Notes: a model not told the origin generated them from the sequence alone. Positions 34,701 to 45,064 are shown, counted from the stretch's first letter. The stretch: 63,673 bases of DNA from an uncultured Lachnospiraceae bacterium (GCA_964369945.1 CAYJHO010000005.1:1-63673), one strand, 5' to 3'. Program-made: numbers and translations.

Positions 34701-37397
34701 ATGCTTACTTTGGATTATAAAAAATATGCTGAAGTATCAAGAAATCTATGTGCAGATTCTTGTGTATTATTAAAAAATGATGGGGTTTTACCCTTTGAAG
34801 AAGGATTAAAACTATCGGTATTTGGTAGAGTAGCTATAGATACTTATTATTGTGGGACAGGATCAGGAGGGATGGTAAACCTTCCTTACTTGGTTACTAT
34901 TTTGGATGGATTAAAATCTAAATTTCAGGTGAATGAAGAACTAGTAGAACGTTACCAAGAATTTATACAAGAAAACCCATTTGATAAAGGGCAAGGTTGG
35001 GCTCAAGAACCATTTTCTCAAGTAGAACTAGCTTTGTCAAAGGAGCAAGTAACAGCTGCTAGAGCAAGCTCGGATGTAGCTGTTTATGTAGTGGGAAGAT
35101 CTGCAGGAGAAGATAAAGACTGCTTGCCTGAGGCAGGAAGCTATTATTTGACAGAAACAGAAAAAGATAATATTAGATTGATCCAAGAACAATTCCAGCG
35201 TTGTCTCGTTATGCTTAATGTAGGTGGAGTGTTGGATATGTCTTGGGTTGAGGAACTAAATCCATCAGCCGTTATGTACGCTTGGCATGGAGGCTGTGAA
35301 AGTGGAAATGGATATGCAGATGTCATTTCTGGAGCGGTTAATCCATCAGGTTCTATGCCAGATACCATTGCATGTTCCTTAGAGGCCAATATTAGTACGA
35401 AAAACTTTGGAGATTTAGAAAAGAATTATTATCAGGAAGATATTTACGTAGGATATCGTTATTTTGAAACCTTTGCAACAAAAGAAGTACGCTATCCATT
35501 TGGCTTTGGTTTATCTTATACCGATTTTACCATTACGGATACAAGAATTTCTTGGGAAGAAGAAAAGTTATTGTGCTATTGTAAGGTGACAAATACAGGA
35601 AAAGTTTCTGGTAAGAAGGCAGTACAAGTTTATATGGAGGCACCACAAGGACGCTTAGGTAAGGCAAAGAAAGTGTTAGTGGCATTCCAAAAAACGAAGG
35701 TATTACAAGTGGGAGAAAGCCAAGAACTATGTTTGGCAATTCAATCCTATGATTTTGCATCCTATGATGAAGAACAGTCAAAGTTTGTATTAGAACAAGG
35801 GAACTATGCAGTACATGTAGGTTTTGATGTAAGAAGTACAAAGATAGCTGGTAACTTTGATAAGGAGGCAGAGGAAGTTATACTTGAGTGTAAGCAAGCT
35901 CTAGCTCCTGTGGAAAACTTTACGGTATTAAAAGCTAGTGGAGGAGAAGAAGTAGAAGCTAGCTACGTTGCTGTAAAAACAAGAAATTACGACGTGAAGG
36001 ATAGAATGTTAGCAGCAAGAAAAGAAGTGCCTAAGCAAGTACGTTCTGCCTTTTCTTTTAAAGAAGTAATGAAGGGAACCATCACTTGTGAAGAATTTGT
36101 AAATCAGCTTTCTGACTTAGATCTTATTCATATTTCTAGAGGCGAAGGAATGTGCTCTCCAAAGGTGACTTCTGGGACAGCAGGTTGTATTGGTGGTGTA
36201 ACGGAGCGTCTAGCAGCTTTTGATTTACCAATTATTTGTTGTGCGGATGGCCCTTCAGGAATTCGTATGGATTCTGGAACTATGGCTTATAGTATTCCAA
36301 ATGGGACAGCAATTGCCTCAACCTTTGATACCGATTTAGTAGAACAGCTTTTTGGCTTTGTTGGTTTAGAATTAGTGAAAAATAATATTGATACTTTGTT
36401 AGGTCCTGGAATGAACATTCATAGAAATCCGTTATGCGGAAGAAATTTTGAATATTTTTCAGAAGATCCGTTTTTAACAGGAAAGATGGCAGTGGCTGAA
36501 TTAAAAGCGATGCAAGCTTATGATGTAACAGGAACCATTAAGCACTTTGCTGCAAATAGCCAGGAAAATAGAAGAAGAGAAGTAGATTCTATTGTAAGCG
36601 AAAGAGCTTTAAGAGAAATCTATTTGAAAGCATTTGAAATGGCAGTAAAAGAGGGAGAAGCGAGATGCATTATGACTGCTTATAATCCAATCAATGGCGT
36701 TCAAGCAGCTAGTAACTTTGACTTAAATACTTCTATTTTAAGAGAAGAGTGGGGATTTGATGGTCTGGTAATGTCAGATTGGTGGGCAACCATGAATCAC
36801 GAAGGTGGAGATGCTAGTGAAGCTTATACAGATGCCATGATTCTATCACAAAATGATGTCTATATGGTAAATGGAGATGCCTTGACAAACAGCAATAAAG
36901 ACAATAGTGAAGAAAAGCTAGAAGAAGGAGTGATCAGTCGTTACGAGTTACTTAGAAATGCAAAGAATGTTGTTAAGGCTATGACTAAGTTAATTTGTGC
37001 AAAAGGAAAGCAAGAAGTAGAAGTGATCAATGAACCAGAACATAGTTTTACCAAAAAAGTAGACTTAGGAGAGTTTGTAGTAGATGGGGATACTTTAGTA
37101 GATACTTGCAATATTCAAACAACTAAAGGAACTTATAATAATTTTGCACTGCAGTTTAAGGAAACAGGAAATTATAGCTTAGAAATACAATTAGAAAGTA
37201 ATGCGATCATTTTAGCACAGATGCCAATGACCGTTTCTGCCAATGGAACTCATCTAAAAACAATTACTCTAAATGGTACCATGGAGTTAAAAGAAGAGAT
37301 TGGACTTCATGTACAAACGAATATTAACACTTATGTGGAATTATTCTTTGGAGAAAGTGGATTAAGTGTAAAAGAAATGAAAGTAGTTAAGAAATAA
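34701..37397 (+). CDS. GH3 beta-glucosidase with permuted domain order
   Basis: The GH3 C-terminal-type domain and FGFGLSYTDF come first, followed by an Fn3-like segment. The catalytic (beta/alpha)8 domain comes afterwards, with GPSGIR, KHFAANSQE and the nucleophile motif GLVMSDWW. Confidence 0.9.
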   Translation: MLTLDYKKYAEVSRNLCADSCVLLKNDGVLPFEEGLKLSVFGRVAIDTYYCGTGSGGMVNLPYLVTILDGLKSKFQVNEELVERYQEFIQENPFDKGQGWAQEPFSQVELALSKEQVTAARASSDVAVYVVGRSAGEDKDCLPEAGSYYLTETEKDNIRLIQEQFQRCLVMLNVGGVLDMSWVEELNPSAVMYAWHGGCESGNGYADVISGAVNPSGSMPDTIACSLEANISTKNFGDLEKNYYQEDIYVGYRYFETFATKEVRYPFGFGLSYTDFTITDTRISWEEEKLLCYCKVTNTGKVSGKKAVQVYMEAPQGRLGKAKKVLVAFQKTKVLQVGESQELCLAIQSYDFASYDEEQSKFVLEQGNYAVHVGFDVRSTKIAGNFDKEAEEVILECKQALAPVENFTVLKASGGEEVEASYVAVKTRNYDVKDRMLAARKEVPKQVRSAFSFKEVMKGTITCEEFVNQLSDLDLIHISRGEGMCSPKVTSGTAGCIGGVTERLAAFDLPIICCADGPSGIRMDSGTMAYSIPNGTAIASTFDTDLVEQLFGFVGLELVKNNIDTLLGPGMNIHRNPLCGRNFEYFSEDPFLTGKMAVAELKAMQAYDVTGTIKHFAANSQENRRREVDSIVSERALREIYLKAFEMAVKEGEARCIMTAYNPINGVQAASNFDLNTSILREEWGFDGLVMSDWWATMNHEGGDASEAYTDAMILSQNDVYMVNGDALTNSNKDNSEEKLEEGVISRYELLRNAKNVVKAMTKLICAKGKQEVEVINEPEHSFTKKVDLGEFVVDGDTLVDTCNIQTTKGTYNNFALQFKETGNYSLEIQLESNAIILAQMPMTVSANGTHLKTITLNGTMELKEEIGLHVQTNINTYVELFFGESGLSVKEMKVVKK

Positions 37398-37431
37398 ATG
37401 AAATAGATTTCGAGAGAATATTATAAGGTGA

Positions 37432-37470
37432 AGAGGGTTGCTAAGAGATTAGCAACCCTCTATTATTTTT
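37432..37470 (+). terminator. Intrinsic terminator after the GH3 gene
   Basis: AGAGGGTTGCT...AGCAACCCTCT forms a stem, followed by ATTATTTTT. Confidence 0.8.
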
Positions 37471-37492
37471 CATCAAATGTTCACAGAATACG

Positions 37493-37548
37493 CATTGACC
37501 GTTCGTTCAAAAGGTGCTAATCTATAGAAAATGAACGATTGGTCAATG
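37493..37548. promoter_or_regulatory. Inverted repeat CATTGACCGTTCGTTCA / TGAACGATTGGTCAATG, candidate TetR operator pair
   Basis: The 17-nt arms at 37493-37509 and 37532-37548 are reverse complements apart from 2 central positions. The repeat lies immediately upstream of the TetR-ftsH genes. Confidence 0.45.
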
Positions 37549-37568
37549 GCTGATAGGAGCGAAAAGAC

Positions 37569-38183
37569 ATGAATATGAGAGAAGTAAATGAAAGCAATGA
37601 AACGGTGGGGAAAATAGTAGAAAGTGCAATAGAACTATTTAATAGCAAAGGATATGTAGGGGCATCCATCAGTGATATTTCAAAACAAGCGAATTTATCC
37701 AAGGGACTGCTATATCACTATTTTAAAAATAAAGATGAGTTGTATCTGTATTGTGCCAATTTATGTATTGAAGAATATATTAAGTACCTAGATCAAAATT
37801 TAGTAAATCCAATCGAAAGCTTAGATGCAATAGCAGAGAATGTAAAAGTGAGGATACTATTTTTTAATGAGTATCCAAAATTTAAAACGCTGTTTCATTT
37901 TATAGTAGCAAGAAAGCCAAGTCATCTTGCGCAAGAGTTGGTAGAGATTAGAAAAAAGCTATCGGATAGTAATGAAAAACGATTTAAAGAAATAATATCA
38001 AATATTGAATTAGGGAAGGGAGTTAAAGAAAGTGATATTATTACCTTTACAGCTATCCTTCAAAATAGCTCCTCTTATTTATTAGAAGAGGAATTTGAGG
38101 AAGAAAAGAGAAAGGAGCAAATTGAAATTATGGTGCATCTAGTAAAAATTTTTATTAATGGATTGAAGGAAGATGTGATCTAA
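37569..38183 (+). CDS. TetR/AcrR-family transcriptional regulator
   Basis: The helix-turn-helix region is IVESAIELFNSKGYVGASISDISKQANLSKGLLYHYFKNKDELY. Confidence 0.85.
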   Translation: MNMREVNESNETVGKIVESAIELFNSKGYVGASISDISKQANLSKGLLYHYFKNKDELYLYCANLCIEEYIKYLDQNLVNPIESLDAIAENVKVRILFFNEYPKFKTLFHFIVARKPSHLAQELVEIRKKLSDSNEKRFKEIISNIELGKGVKESDIITFTAILQNSSSYLLEEEFEEEKRKEQIEIMVHLVKIFINGLKEDVI

Positions 38184-38199
38184 TAGAGAGGAGATTAGG

Positions 38200-40032
38200 G
38201 TGAAAAAAAGTATGATGAAACTAAAACGAAATAAACCATTTATATATTATTGGATTATTGTAATGCTGATAATGTTAGCCTTTAATATTGTGACTTCCTT
38301 ATTCTTTGGAAGAACTGCAGTAACCTCAGTGACATATGATGTTTTTCTTGATGATTTAAATGCTGGGAATATAGCTACCGTTCAGGTGATGGATGAAAGT
38401 ATTATGTACGGGATTGAAACGATATTAGATGGAGAGGAGGAACCAAAAACAAAGATATATTCAACAACAAGAATGCAAGACAATGACCTTGTTGATAGAC
38501 TTTATGAATCAGGTGCTGAATTTATAGAAGTCTTTCCGAAAGAAAGTTCATTTATAATGAATATTATTAGTACTGTCATTATGATTGTTATTTTTGCTTT
38601 GATTTGGAGATTTATCATGTCTAAAATGATGAAAGGCATGGGAGGTGGAAATTCCATGTCGTTCGGCAAATCAAATGCCAAAATTTACGCAGAAACACAA
38701 ACAGGAAAAAGTTTCGATGATGTTGCAGGACAAGTGGAAGCAAAGGAAGCTTTAACAGAGGTGGTAGATTTTTTGAATCATCCTAAAAAATATGCTGAAA
38801 TTGGTGCCAATCTACCAAAAGGTGTTTTATTAGTTGGCCCTCCAGGAACAGGAAAAACACTTCTAGCGAAAGCAGTTGCAGGCGAAGCTAAGGTTCCTTT
38901 CTTTTCGATATCTGGTTCAGAATTTGTAGAAATGTTTGTAGGGATGGGGGCAGCAAAAGTAAGAGATTTATTTAAGCAAGCAAATGAAAAAGCCCCTTGT
39001 ATTATTTTTATCGATGAAATTGATACGATAGGTAAAAAACGCGATAGTGGATTAGGGAGTAATGATGAAAGAGAGCAAACTTTAAATCAGCTACTGACAG
39101 AGATGGATGGGTTCGATGGGCAAAAAGGAGTTGTGTTATTGGCTGCTAGCAACAGACCAGAGGTTCTTGATAAAGCGCTTACAAGGCCTGGTAGATTTGA
39201 TAGACGTGTGCCGGTTGAACTACCTGACAAAGCAGGAAGACAGGCAATCCTAGAAGTACATGGAAAAAATATTAAATTGTCAGAAGAGATTGACTTTGAA
39301 AAAATTGCTAGGGCTACCTCTGGAGCAAATGGAGCAGAACTTGCTAATATAATTAATGAAGCAGCATTAAGAGCAGTAAAAGATGGAAGAAAATTTGTAA
39401 TACAATCTGATTTAGAAGAAAGTGTTGAGGTTGTTATTGCAGGATACCAAAGGAAAACAGCTGCAGTATCTGAAAAGGAGCGCAGAATTATTTCCTATCA
39501 TGAAGTAGGGCATGCTTTAGTTGCTGCCATGCAAAGTAATAGCGCACCAGTTCATAAAATAACGATTATTCCAAGAACATCTGGGGCTTTAGGCTATACG
39601 ATGCAGGTCGATCAAAGCGAAAAGTTTCTTATGAGCAAAGAAGAAGCACTTAATAAAATTGCTACATATACTGGTGGGCGAGCAGCAGAAGATTTGGTTT
39701 TTAATTCGATTACAACTGGCGCATCAAATGATATAGAGCAAGCGACAAGAATCGCAAGAGCGATGATCACTAGATTTGGGATGAGTGAAAAATTTGGAAT
39801 GGTAGCACTAGAAACAGTTAATCATCAATATTTAGGCGGAGATACTTCGCTTGCTTGTTCGGCAGAAACTGCAAATACTATTGATCAAGAAGTCATCAAG
39901 ATAATAAAAGAGCAATATGAAAAATCAATGGGAATTCTAAGAGAAAATGAAGAAAAACTACATAAAATCGCAGAATATCTATTGGAAAAAGAGACGATAA
40001 CCGGAGATGAATTTATGGATTTCTTAAAGTAA
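38200..40032 (+). CDS. ftsH: ATP-dependent zinc metalloprotease FtsH
   Basis: There are two N-terminal TM helices. Walker A is GPPGTGKT, Walker B is IIFIDEID, the SRH is TRPGRFDR and the zinc motif is HEVGHAL. It uses a GTG start preceded by GAGAGGAG. Confidence 0.9.
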   Translation: MKKSMMKLKRNKPFIYYWIIVMLIMLAFNIVTSLFFGRTAVTSVTYDVFLDDLNAGNIATVQVMDESIMYGIETILDGEEEPKTKIYSTTRMQDNDLVDRLYESGAEFIEVFPKESSFIMNIISTVIMIVIFALIWRFIMSKMMKGMGGGNSMSFGKSNAKIYAETQTGKSFDDVAGQVEAKEALTEVVDFLNHPKKYAEIGANLPKGVLLVGPPGTGKTLLAKAVAGEAKVPFFSISGSEFVEMFVGMGAAKVRDLFKQANEKAPCIIFIDEIDTIGKKRDSGLGSNDEREQTLNQLLTEMDGFDGQKGVVLLAASNRPEVLDKALTRPGRFDRRVPVELPDKAGRQAILEVHGKNIKLSEEIDFEKIARATSGANGAELANIINEAALRAVKDGRKFVIQSDLEESVEVVIAGYQRKTAAVSEKERRIISYHEVGHALVAAMQSNSAPVHKITIIPRTSGALGYTMQVDQSEKFLMSKEEALNKIATYTGGRAAEDLVFNSITTGASNDIEQATRIARAMITRFGMSEKFGMVALETVNHQYLGGDTSLACSAETANTIDQEVIKIIKEQYEKSMGILRENEEKLHKIAEYLLEKETITGDEFMDFLK

Positions 40033-40068
40033 AGTTAGAGCCATAAAAGTAAGGCTCTAACTTTTTTT
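40031..40068. terminator. Bidirectional intrinsic terminator
   Basis: AAAGTTAGAGCC...GGCTCTAACTTT forms a stem with a T-run on the plus strand and an A-run upstream. Confidence 0.8.
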
Positions 40069-40081
40069 ATGAAGATATGTA

Positions 40082-40477
40082 TTAGAAAATTTGCTTCCCA
40101 GCATTAGGACCAGCACTTTCATCATAAATCTTATCCACGGAAAAAGTCCAAACAGCTTTGATTGTCATGTTCATTGCAGCAAATTTTTCTGCGATTACAT
40201 CGAATAAAGGACCATCTGTATTTCTCTTTTCAACCGTTGCATTTACTAAATAAGATTCCATGCCTTTTACAGCAAGAATAGAAGCTTTGCCTGAAGCTGC
40301 TAAGTTTGCAGCACTTGTATGCATCATTACTTCGGCAACAGCCATAGTATTTTCATCTACTACCATAATACTACCTGCTACGATAGAGTGAAGTTCTCCA
40401 TCTTTTGAAATGGTACTGATTACCTTAACACTTGCTTGGTCTTGAAATAAATTACTTACTTGTTCTAATTTTTTCAT
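40082..40477 (-). CDS. Small pyridoxamine-5'-phosphate-oxidase-like / FMN-binding split-barrel protein
   Basis: The 131-aa ORF has the general pattern of PNPOx-like flavin-binding proteins. It is divergent from an HxlR regulator. The assignment is by resemblance only. Confidence 0.55.
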   Translation of the reverse strand: MKKLEQVSNLFQDQASVKVISTISKDGELHSIVAGSIMVVDENTMAVAEVMMHTSAANLAASGKASILAVKGMESYLVNATVEKRNTDGPLFDVIAEKFAAMNMTIKAVWTFSVDKIYDESAGPNAGKQIF

Positions 40478-40595
40478 GTGAAATCTCCTTAGGTATGTTT
40501 TTATGATTGACTAAGTTTTTCTTAGTTGATATGATAGTAACACATATAAAAAACTCAGTCAATGAGTCAAAAAAATGTGAGGAGGTAAGAAAAAA

Positions 40596-40922
40596 ATGAG
40601 TGAATGCAAAGCTGAGCACTGTCCCTGTAAGGAGGAGTGTCCGCTCCAAGTAGCGCTTAAAAAGATTGGTGGAAAGTGGAAGATTCCAATCATTTGTGTA
40701 TTATCATCTGGTGAAGGTATTCGGTACAATGAACTTATGAAAAAGGTTACGGGTATTACAAATACCATGCTAGCGTCCACTTTAAAAGAATTAGAAAAAG
40801 ACGGTTTAGTTACAAGGGTTCAGTACAACGAAATGCCAATTCGAGTAGAATATTTTATAACAGAGAAATCCAAAGCATTACTCCCTACCTTGCAAGCCCT
40901 TGCTACATGGGGGATGGCATAG
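40596..40922 (+). CDS. HxlR-family transcriptional regulator
   Basis: CPLQVALKKIGGKWKIPIICVL...RYNELMKKVTGITNTMLASTLKELEKDGLVTR is the classic HxlR winged helix. Confidence 0.85.
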   Translation: MSECKAEHCPCKEECPLQVALKKIGGKWKIPIICVLSSGEGIRYNELMKKVTGITNTMLASTLKELEKDGLVTRVQYNEMPIRVEYFITEKSKALLPTLQALATWGMA

Positions 40923-41478
40923 CGATAAAGTTATAATGAGTTACCTTGATAAAATAAGCAGCTATTTCTTCTGGTGAATACGCTGATTTTGAGGTAACCC
41001 ACCAAGATGTAGTGGAAATAAAGCTCTCAGTAAGAAAATTCAGGAGAAAATCTTTAGGTAAAATCACAGGGGAATGCTGCAAATAATCTACAAAAAGCTC
41101 TTCGATATATTTTCTGAAATAAAGCAAAAATATTTTTCGACCATCACCTTTTAAAATGTTGTTGATATCAATTTCACTTTGTTTTAAGTGGAATAAAATA
41201 TGTGACAATTGTAGTTCTAGATTTTGTAGTGGTTGTGTATTTGGAACCAATAAACTTTGTTCCGGCAATTCTTCTGAGAATATGTGGTGAAATACTTGAG
41301 AGCAAAGGGAAGTTAAAAGCATGTCCTTGGTTTCAAAATGCGCATAAAAAGTACTCCGGCCAATGTTGGCTTTGTCTATGATTTCTTGAATCGTAATATT
41401 GCTATAATCTTCCACCATAAGCAAGTCATTAAATGCTGTTATGATTGCAAGTCTTGTTTTCTGTTGTCTTCTATCCAT
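40903..41478 (-). CDS. TetR/AcrR-family transcriptional regulator
   Basis: The ORF contains RQQKTRLAIITAFNDLL...ITIQEIIDKANIGRSTFYAHF. It overlaps the convergent HxlR gene by 20 bp. Confidence 0.85.
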   Translation of the reverse strand: MDRRQQKTRLAIITAFNDLLMVEDYSNITIQEIIDKANIGRSTFYAHFETKDMLLTSLCSQVFHHIFSEELPEQSLLVPNTQPLQNLELQLSHILFHLKQSEIDINNILKGDGRKIFLLYFRKYIEELFVDYLQHSPVILPKDFLLNFLTESFISTTSWWVTSKSAYSPEEIAAYFIKVTHYNFIAMPSPM

Positions 41479-41585
41479 TCTGATCTCCTTTTACCGTACA
41501 ATTTTCTGTTTTTGTTTCATAAGATATAGAATCCTATCTTTGCTTGTTGACCTAGTACATTTTGACGAATACAATGTTAGATATA

Positions 41586-41598
41586 GAACACTGTGTTC
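41586..41598. promoter_or_regulatory. Perfect palindrome GAACAC-T-GTGTTC between the TetR gene and the P-type ATPase gene
   Basis: The 13-bp palindrome lies in the divergent intergenic region, about 50 nt upstream of the ATPase ATG. Confidence 0.4.
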
Positions 41599-41649
41599 GA
41601 TTAGTTGATGCTATCATTCAAAGTGTATTTTGTCAAGGAGGAAAAGTAT

Positions 41650-43578
41650 ATGTCACAATTTATTAAGAAAGCAGAGGAATCTCTTACCTATCTGCCATCT
41701 CTATGGGTATCTGGGATTTGTATTATCATTAGCTTAATAGGGGAGTATATTGTTCCCTTTTGGAATGAAGGTTATACCAATCAAGTTATGGTAAATGCAG
41801 CGTGGGTTTCTGTTGTATTATCAGGGGGGCCATTGCTAATCACTGCAGTAAAACGTATTTTGGTAGGATGGATTTCCTCACCATTATTGATATCAATTGC
41901 CATGCTTGCAGCTATCTATATTGGGGATTTATTTGCAGCTGGTGAAGTTGCTTTTATTATGGCAATCGGCGCATACCTAGAAGAACGAACTGTGGAGAAA
42001 ACAAAAAAGGGAATACAAGATTTAATTAATTTAGTGCCAACCACAGGGCGAAAAATAACAAAATTAGAAACGGGAGAATGGACAGAGGAAATTGTTAAAG
42101 CAGAATTTCTAAAAGAAGGTGAAATAATAAGAGTATTACCTGGAGAAAGTTTTGCAGCAGATGGGATTATAAGTGTAGGAGAAACATCCGTTGATCAATC
42201 TATTATGACAGGGGAATCCTTACCAATAGATAAAACGATAGGAGATGAAGTTTACGCAGGAACGATTAGTAGATTTGGATCTGTTGATGTTACAGTTACC
42301 AAGTCATTTGAAAATTCATCCCTACAAAAAATGGTTCAGCTAGTAAAGGAAGCAGATCAAAAGAAAGCTCCCATGCAAATTATGGCAGATAAATGGTCGC
42401 GAATTTTAGTACCTGTTGCTGTTTTGACTGCTATGCTTACTTACTTCCTAACAACTGGGAGTATTGGGCATGAGGAAGCTCTTGTAAGAGCAGTTACCAT
42501 ATTAGTAGTATTTTGCCCTTGTGCTTTAGTTCTTGCAACACCTACCTCGGTTATGGCGGCAATTGGGCAAGCAACAAAATATGGCATTCTCATTAAATCA
42601 GGGGAAGCTTTAGAGAGAATGGGAAAAGTAGAAACCGTAGCTTTTGATAAGACAGGAACACTGACCAAGGGAACACTGGTAGTATCTGATGTGATAAGCT
42701 TTGCAGGAATGGAAGAAAAAGAGTTACTATCCCTTGCAGGATCAGTAGAAAGTCGCTCAGAACATCCACTTGGAAAAGCAATACTTCGATATGCAAAAGA
42801 AAAAAATGCTATGATCTTTGACCCAAATGAATTCACCATGACGGTAGGAAAAGGTGTGGTAGGTCTTATTCAAGGGAGAAAAATTATTTGCGGAAACGAA
42901 AAGCTTATAAATCAAAACTCGAAAGCAAAGTTTAGCCTAGATATGGAGGCAACTTTGGATTTGCTAAGAGAAGAGGGGAAAGCAGTCATTGTGGTAGCGG
43001 ATGAGGATGAAGTGATAGGGATGTTAGCACTTTGTGACGTAATAAAAAATTCATCTAAGGATGCCATGAGCAAGTTACATAAGGCAGGCATTCGCAATAC
43101 CATATTACTTACTGGAGATAATGAAAAAACAGCGAATTACGTGGCTCAAAAGGTTGGCATTACAAATATTAGGACCTCTCTATTACCAGAAGATAAAGTA
43201 AGTGAAGTGCAGAAACTAGTAGCAGAAAAAGAACACATTTGTATGGTTGGGGATGGGGTGAATGATGCACCTGCTCTAAAAATTGCATCGGTTGGAATTG
43301 CTATGGGTACCATGGGGAGTGACATTGCCATTGAAGCTTCCGATATCGCAATCATGGGGGATGATATATCCAAAATTAGCTATATCAAAAGCTTATCCAA
43401 CGGCATGGTTAGATCTATTAAATTTAACATTGTATTATCACTGATGATCAATGCGGTAGCAATCTATTGCTCCACCATGGGATTTTTGAATCCAACCACA
43501 GGAGCCCTAGTTCATAATGTGGGTTCCATTTTGGTAGTGGTGAATGCAGGAAGATTGTACCATAAAAAATTTGAATGA
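41650..43578 (+). CDS. Heavy-metal translocating P1B-type ATPase lacking an N-terminal metal-binding domain
   Basis: The ORF has the TM6 motif CPC (VFCPCALVLATP), the phosphorylation site DKTGTLT, and TGES and GDGVNDAP motifs. It begins directly with membrane helices, with no CxxC/HMA or His-rich segment. Confidence 0.9.
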   Translation: MSQFIKKAEESLTYLPSLWVSGICIIISLIGEYIVPFWNEGYTNQVMVNAAWVSVVLSGGPLLITAVKRILVGWISSPLLISIAMLAAIYIGDLFAAGEVAFIMAIGAYLEERTVEKTKKGIQDLINLVPTTGRKITKLETGEWTEEIVKAEFLKEGEIIRVLPGESFAADGIISVGETSVDQSIMTGESLPIDKTIGDEVYAGTISRFGSVDVTVTKSFENSSLQKMVQLVKEADQKKAPMQIMADKWSRILVPVAVLTAMLTYFLTTGSIGHEEALVRAVTILVVFCPCALVLATPTSVMAAIGQATKYGILIKSGEALERMGKVETVAFDKTGTLTKGTLVVSDVISFAGMEEKELLSLAGSVESRSEHPLGKAILRYAKEKNAMIFDPNEFTMTVGKGVVGLIQGRKIICGNEKLINQNSKAKFSLDMEATLDLLREEGKAVIVVADEDEVIGMLALCDVIKNSSKDAMSKLHKAGIRNTILLTGDNEKTANYVAQKVGITNIRTSLLPEDKVSEVQKLVAEKEHICMVGDGVNDAPALKIASVGIAMGTMGSDIAIEASDIAIMGDDISKISYIKSLSNGMVRSIKFNIVLSLMINAVAIYCSTMGFLNPTTGALVHNVGSILVVVNAGRLYHKKFE

Positions 43579-43591
43579 TGCAGTGTCTCAT

Positions 43592-45064
43592 TTAAATGGA
43601 AAGTGAAACCACTTTGTTAGATACTTGTTCACAAAACTGAGTATCATGTTCTACAAAAAGCAAGGTAATATCACTAGAAGCAACTAATTGCTGAATTTGC
43701 ATCCTAGATAAGATATCAATATAGTTTAAAGGCTCATCCCAAATATAGAGATGGGCTTTTTGCGATAGTGAGGTGGCAATCAATACCTTTTTCTTTTGCC
43801 CAGCGCTAAAGGATTCCATATCCTTATCTAGCCCTGCTCTGCTAAAATCCAATTTGATTAGAAGAGATTTCAACAGCGTTTCATCAATTCCACAAAGATT
43901 TGCATGATCGTGAAGAGTTCCTCGTAACATACTAGTATCCTGAGAAACATAGGAAATCACAATATCGTTGGCTAGTTCTATTTGGCCTGTGTAAGAAATA
44001 GGTTCTCTCATTAATAATTTTAAAAGGGTTGATTTTCCACTGCCATTGGTACCTTTTAAAACTATTTTGTCCCCTTTTTGAATGGAAAAACTGATAGGGC
44101 CGAAAATAGTATTCCCGTCATAATAGGCGGATAAATCAGTACATTTTAGTAAAGTATCATAGTGTGTTTGGGAAGCATACATATTTAAGTGTTCTGCTTT
44201 TTCTATGTTTTTTAGGAGCTTTTTCTTTTCTGTTATATTTTCTTGCACACGTTTTTCTATAGATTTAGAGCGCTTCATCATTTTGGCTGCTTTATGGCCG
44301 ATATAGCCACGATCTCCCGAACCACTTCCAAATTTACTAGCTTCTGTCAAATCTGACCAGCGTTTTGTTGTCTTTGCTGCCGACTCAAGCCGTGCTATTT
44401 CTCTTTTATGTTTTTCGTTTTGGGATATTTCAAAAGAATCTTGTCTGTCCTTATTTAGGAGCCAAGAGGAAAAATTCCCCTTTTGTATTTCTATATTAGT
44501 TTTGTTGATCGATAATGTGTGATCTGTGGTTTCATCTAGTAACATTTTGTCGTGAGAAACTAGGATAAAGCCCTTTTTTCGCTTCAAGTATTCCGCTAGT
44601 ATTTTGCGCCCTCTTGCATCTAAATGATTGGTAGGTTCATCGATTAATAAGAAACTATTTTCCTTTAAGAATAAAATCGCTAGTAATACCTTGGTTTGTT
44701 CCCCAAAGGATAGGGTATGAAAGGGACGATACAAAACCTCTTCGCTGATATCTAAATAGGAAAGTTCACGTTGGATCATCCAGAGCTCTACCAGTGGTGC
44801 TATTTCTTCTAGAATACTTATGGTAAGATTTTGTGGATCAGTTACAGAGTAAGGAAAATACAGCATTTCCACTTGTTTAGAAATTGTTCCTTGGTAGTCA
44901 TAGACTCCAAGCAGTAAGTTGAGAAACGTTGTTTTACCACGTCCATTTCGACCAGTAAAGCCTAATTTCCAATCTGTATCTAGGTTAAAACTGACATGTT
45001 CAAACACCATATCGGTGCTGCCCTCATAGCCAAAGCTTAAATTTGTAATTAAAATTTGTGACAT
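43592..45064 (-). CDS. ABC-F ribosomal-protection-type ATPase, Lsa-like
   Basis: There are two ABC cassettes with no TM domain (GRNGRGKTT, LIDEPTNHLD; GTNGSGKST, IWDEPLNYID). From memory, the N-terminal half resembles Lsa(A) closely: DWKLGFTGRNGRGKTTFLNLL, GFILVSHD. Confidence 0.8.
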   Translation of the reverse strand: MSQILITNLSFGYEGSTDMVFEHVSFNLDTDWKLGFTGRNGRGKTTFLNLLLGVYDYQGTISKQVEMLYFPYSVTDPQNLTISILEEIAPLVELWMIQRELSYLDISEEVLYRPFHTLSFGEQTKVLLAILFLKENSFLLIDEPTNHLDARGRKILAEYLKRKKGFILVSHDKMLLDETTDHTLSINKTNIEIQKGNFSSWLLNKDRQDSFEISQNEKHKREIARLESAAKTTKRWSDLTEASKFGSGSGDRGYIGHKAAKMMKRSKSIEKRVQENITEKKKLLKNIEKAEHLNMYASQTHYDTLLKCTDLSAYYDGNTIFGPISFSIQKGDKIVLKGTNGSGKSTLLKLLMREPISYTGQIELANDIVISYVSQDTSMLRGTLHDHANLCGIDETLLKSLLIKLDFSRAGLDKDMESFSAGQKKKVLIATSLSQKAHLYIWDEPLNYIDILSRMQIQQLVASSDITLLFVEHDTQFCEQVSNKVVSLSI

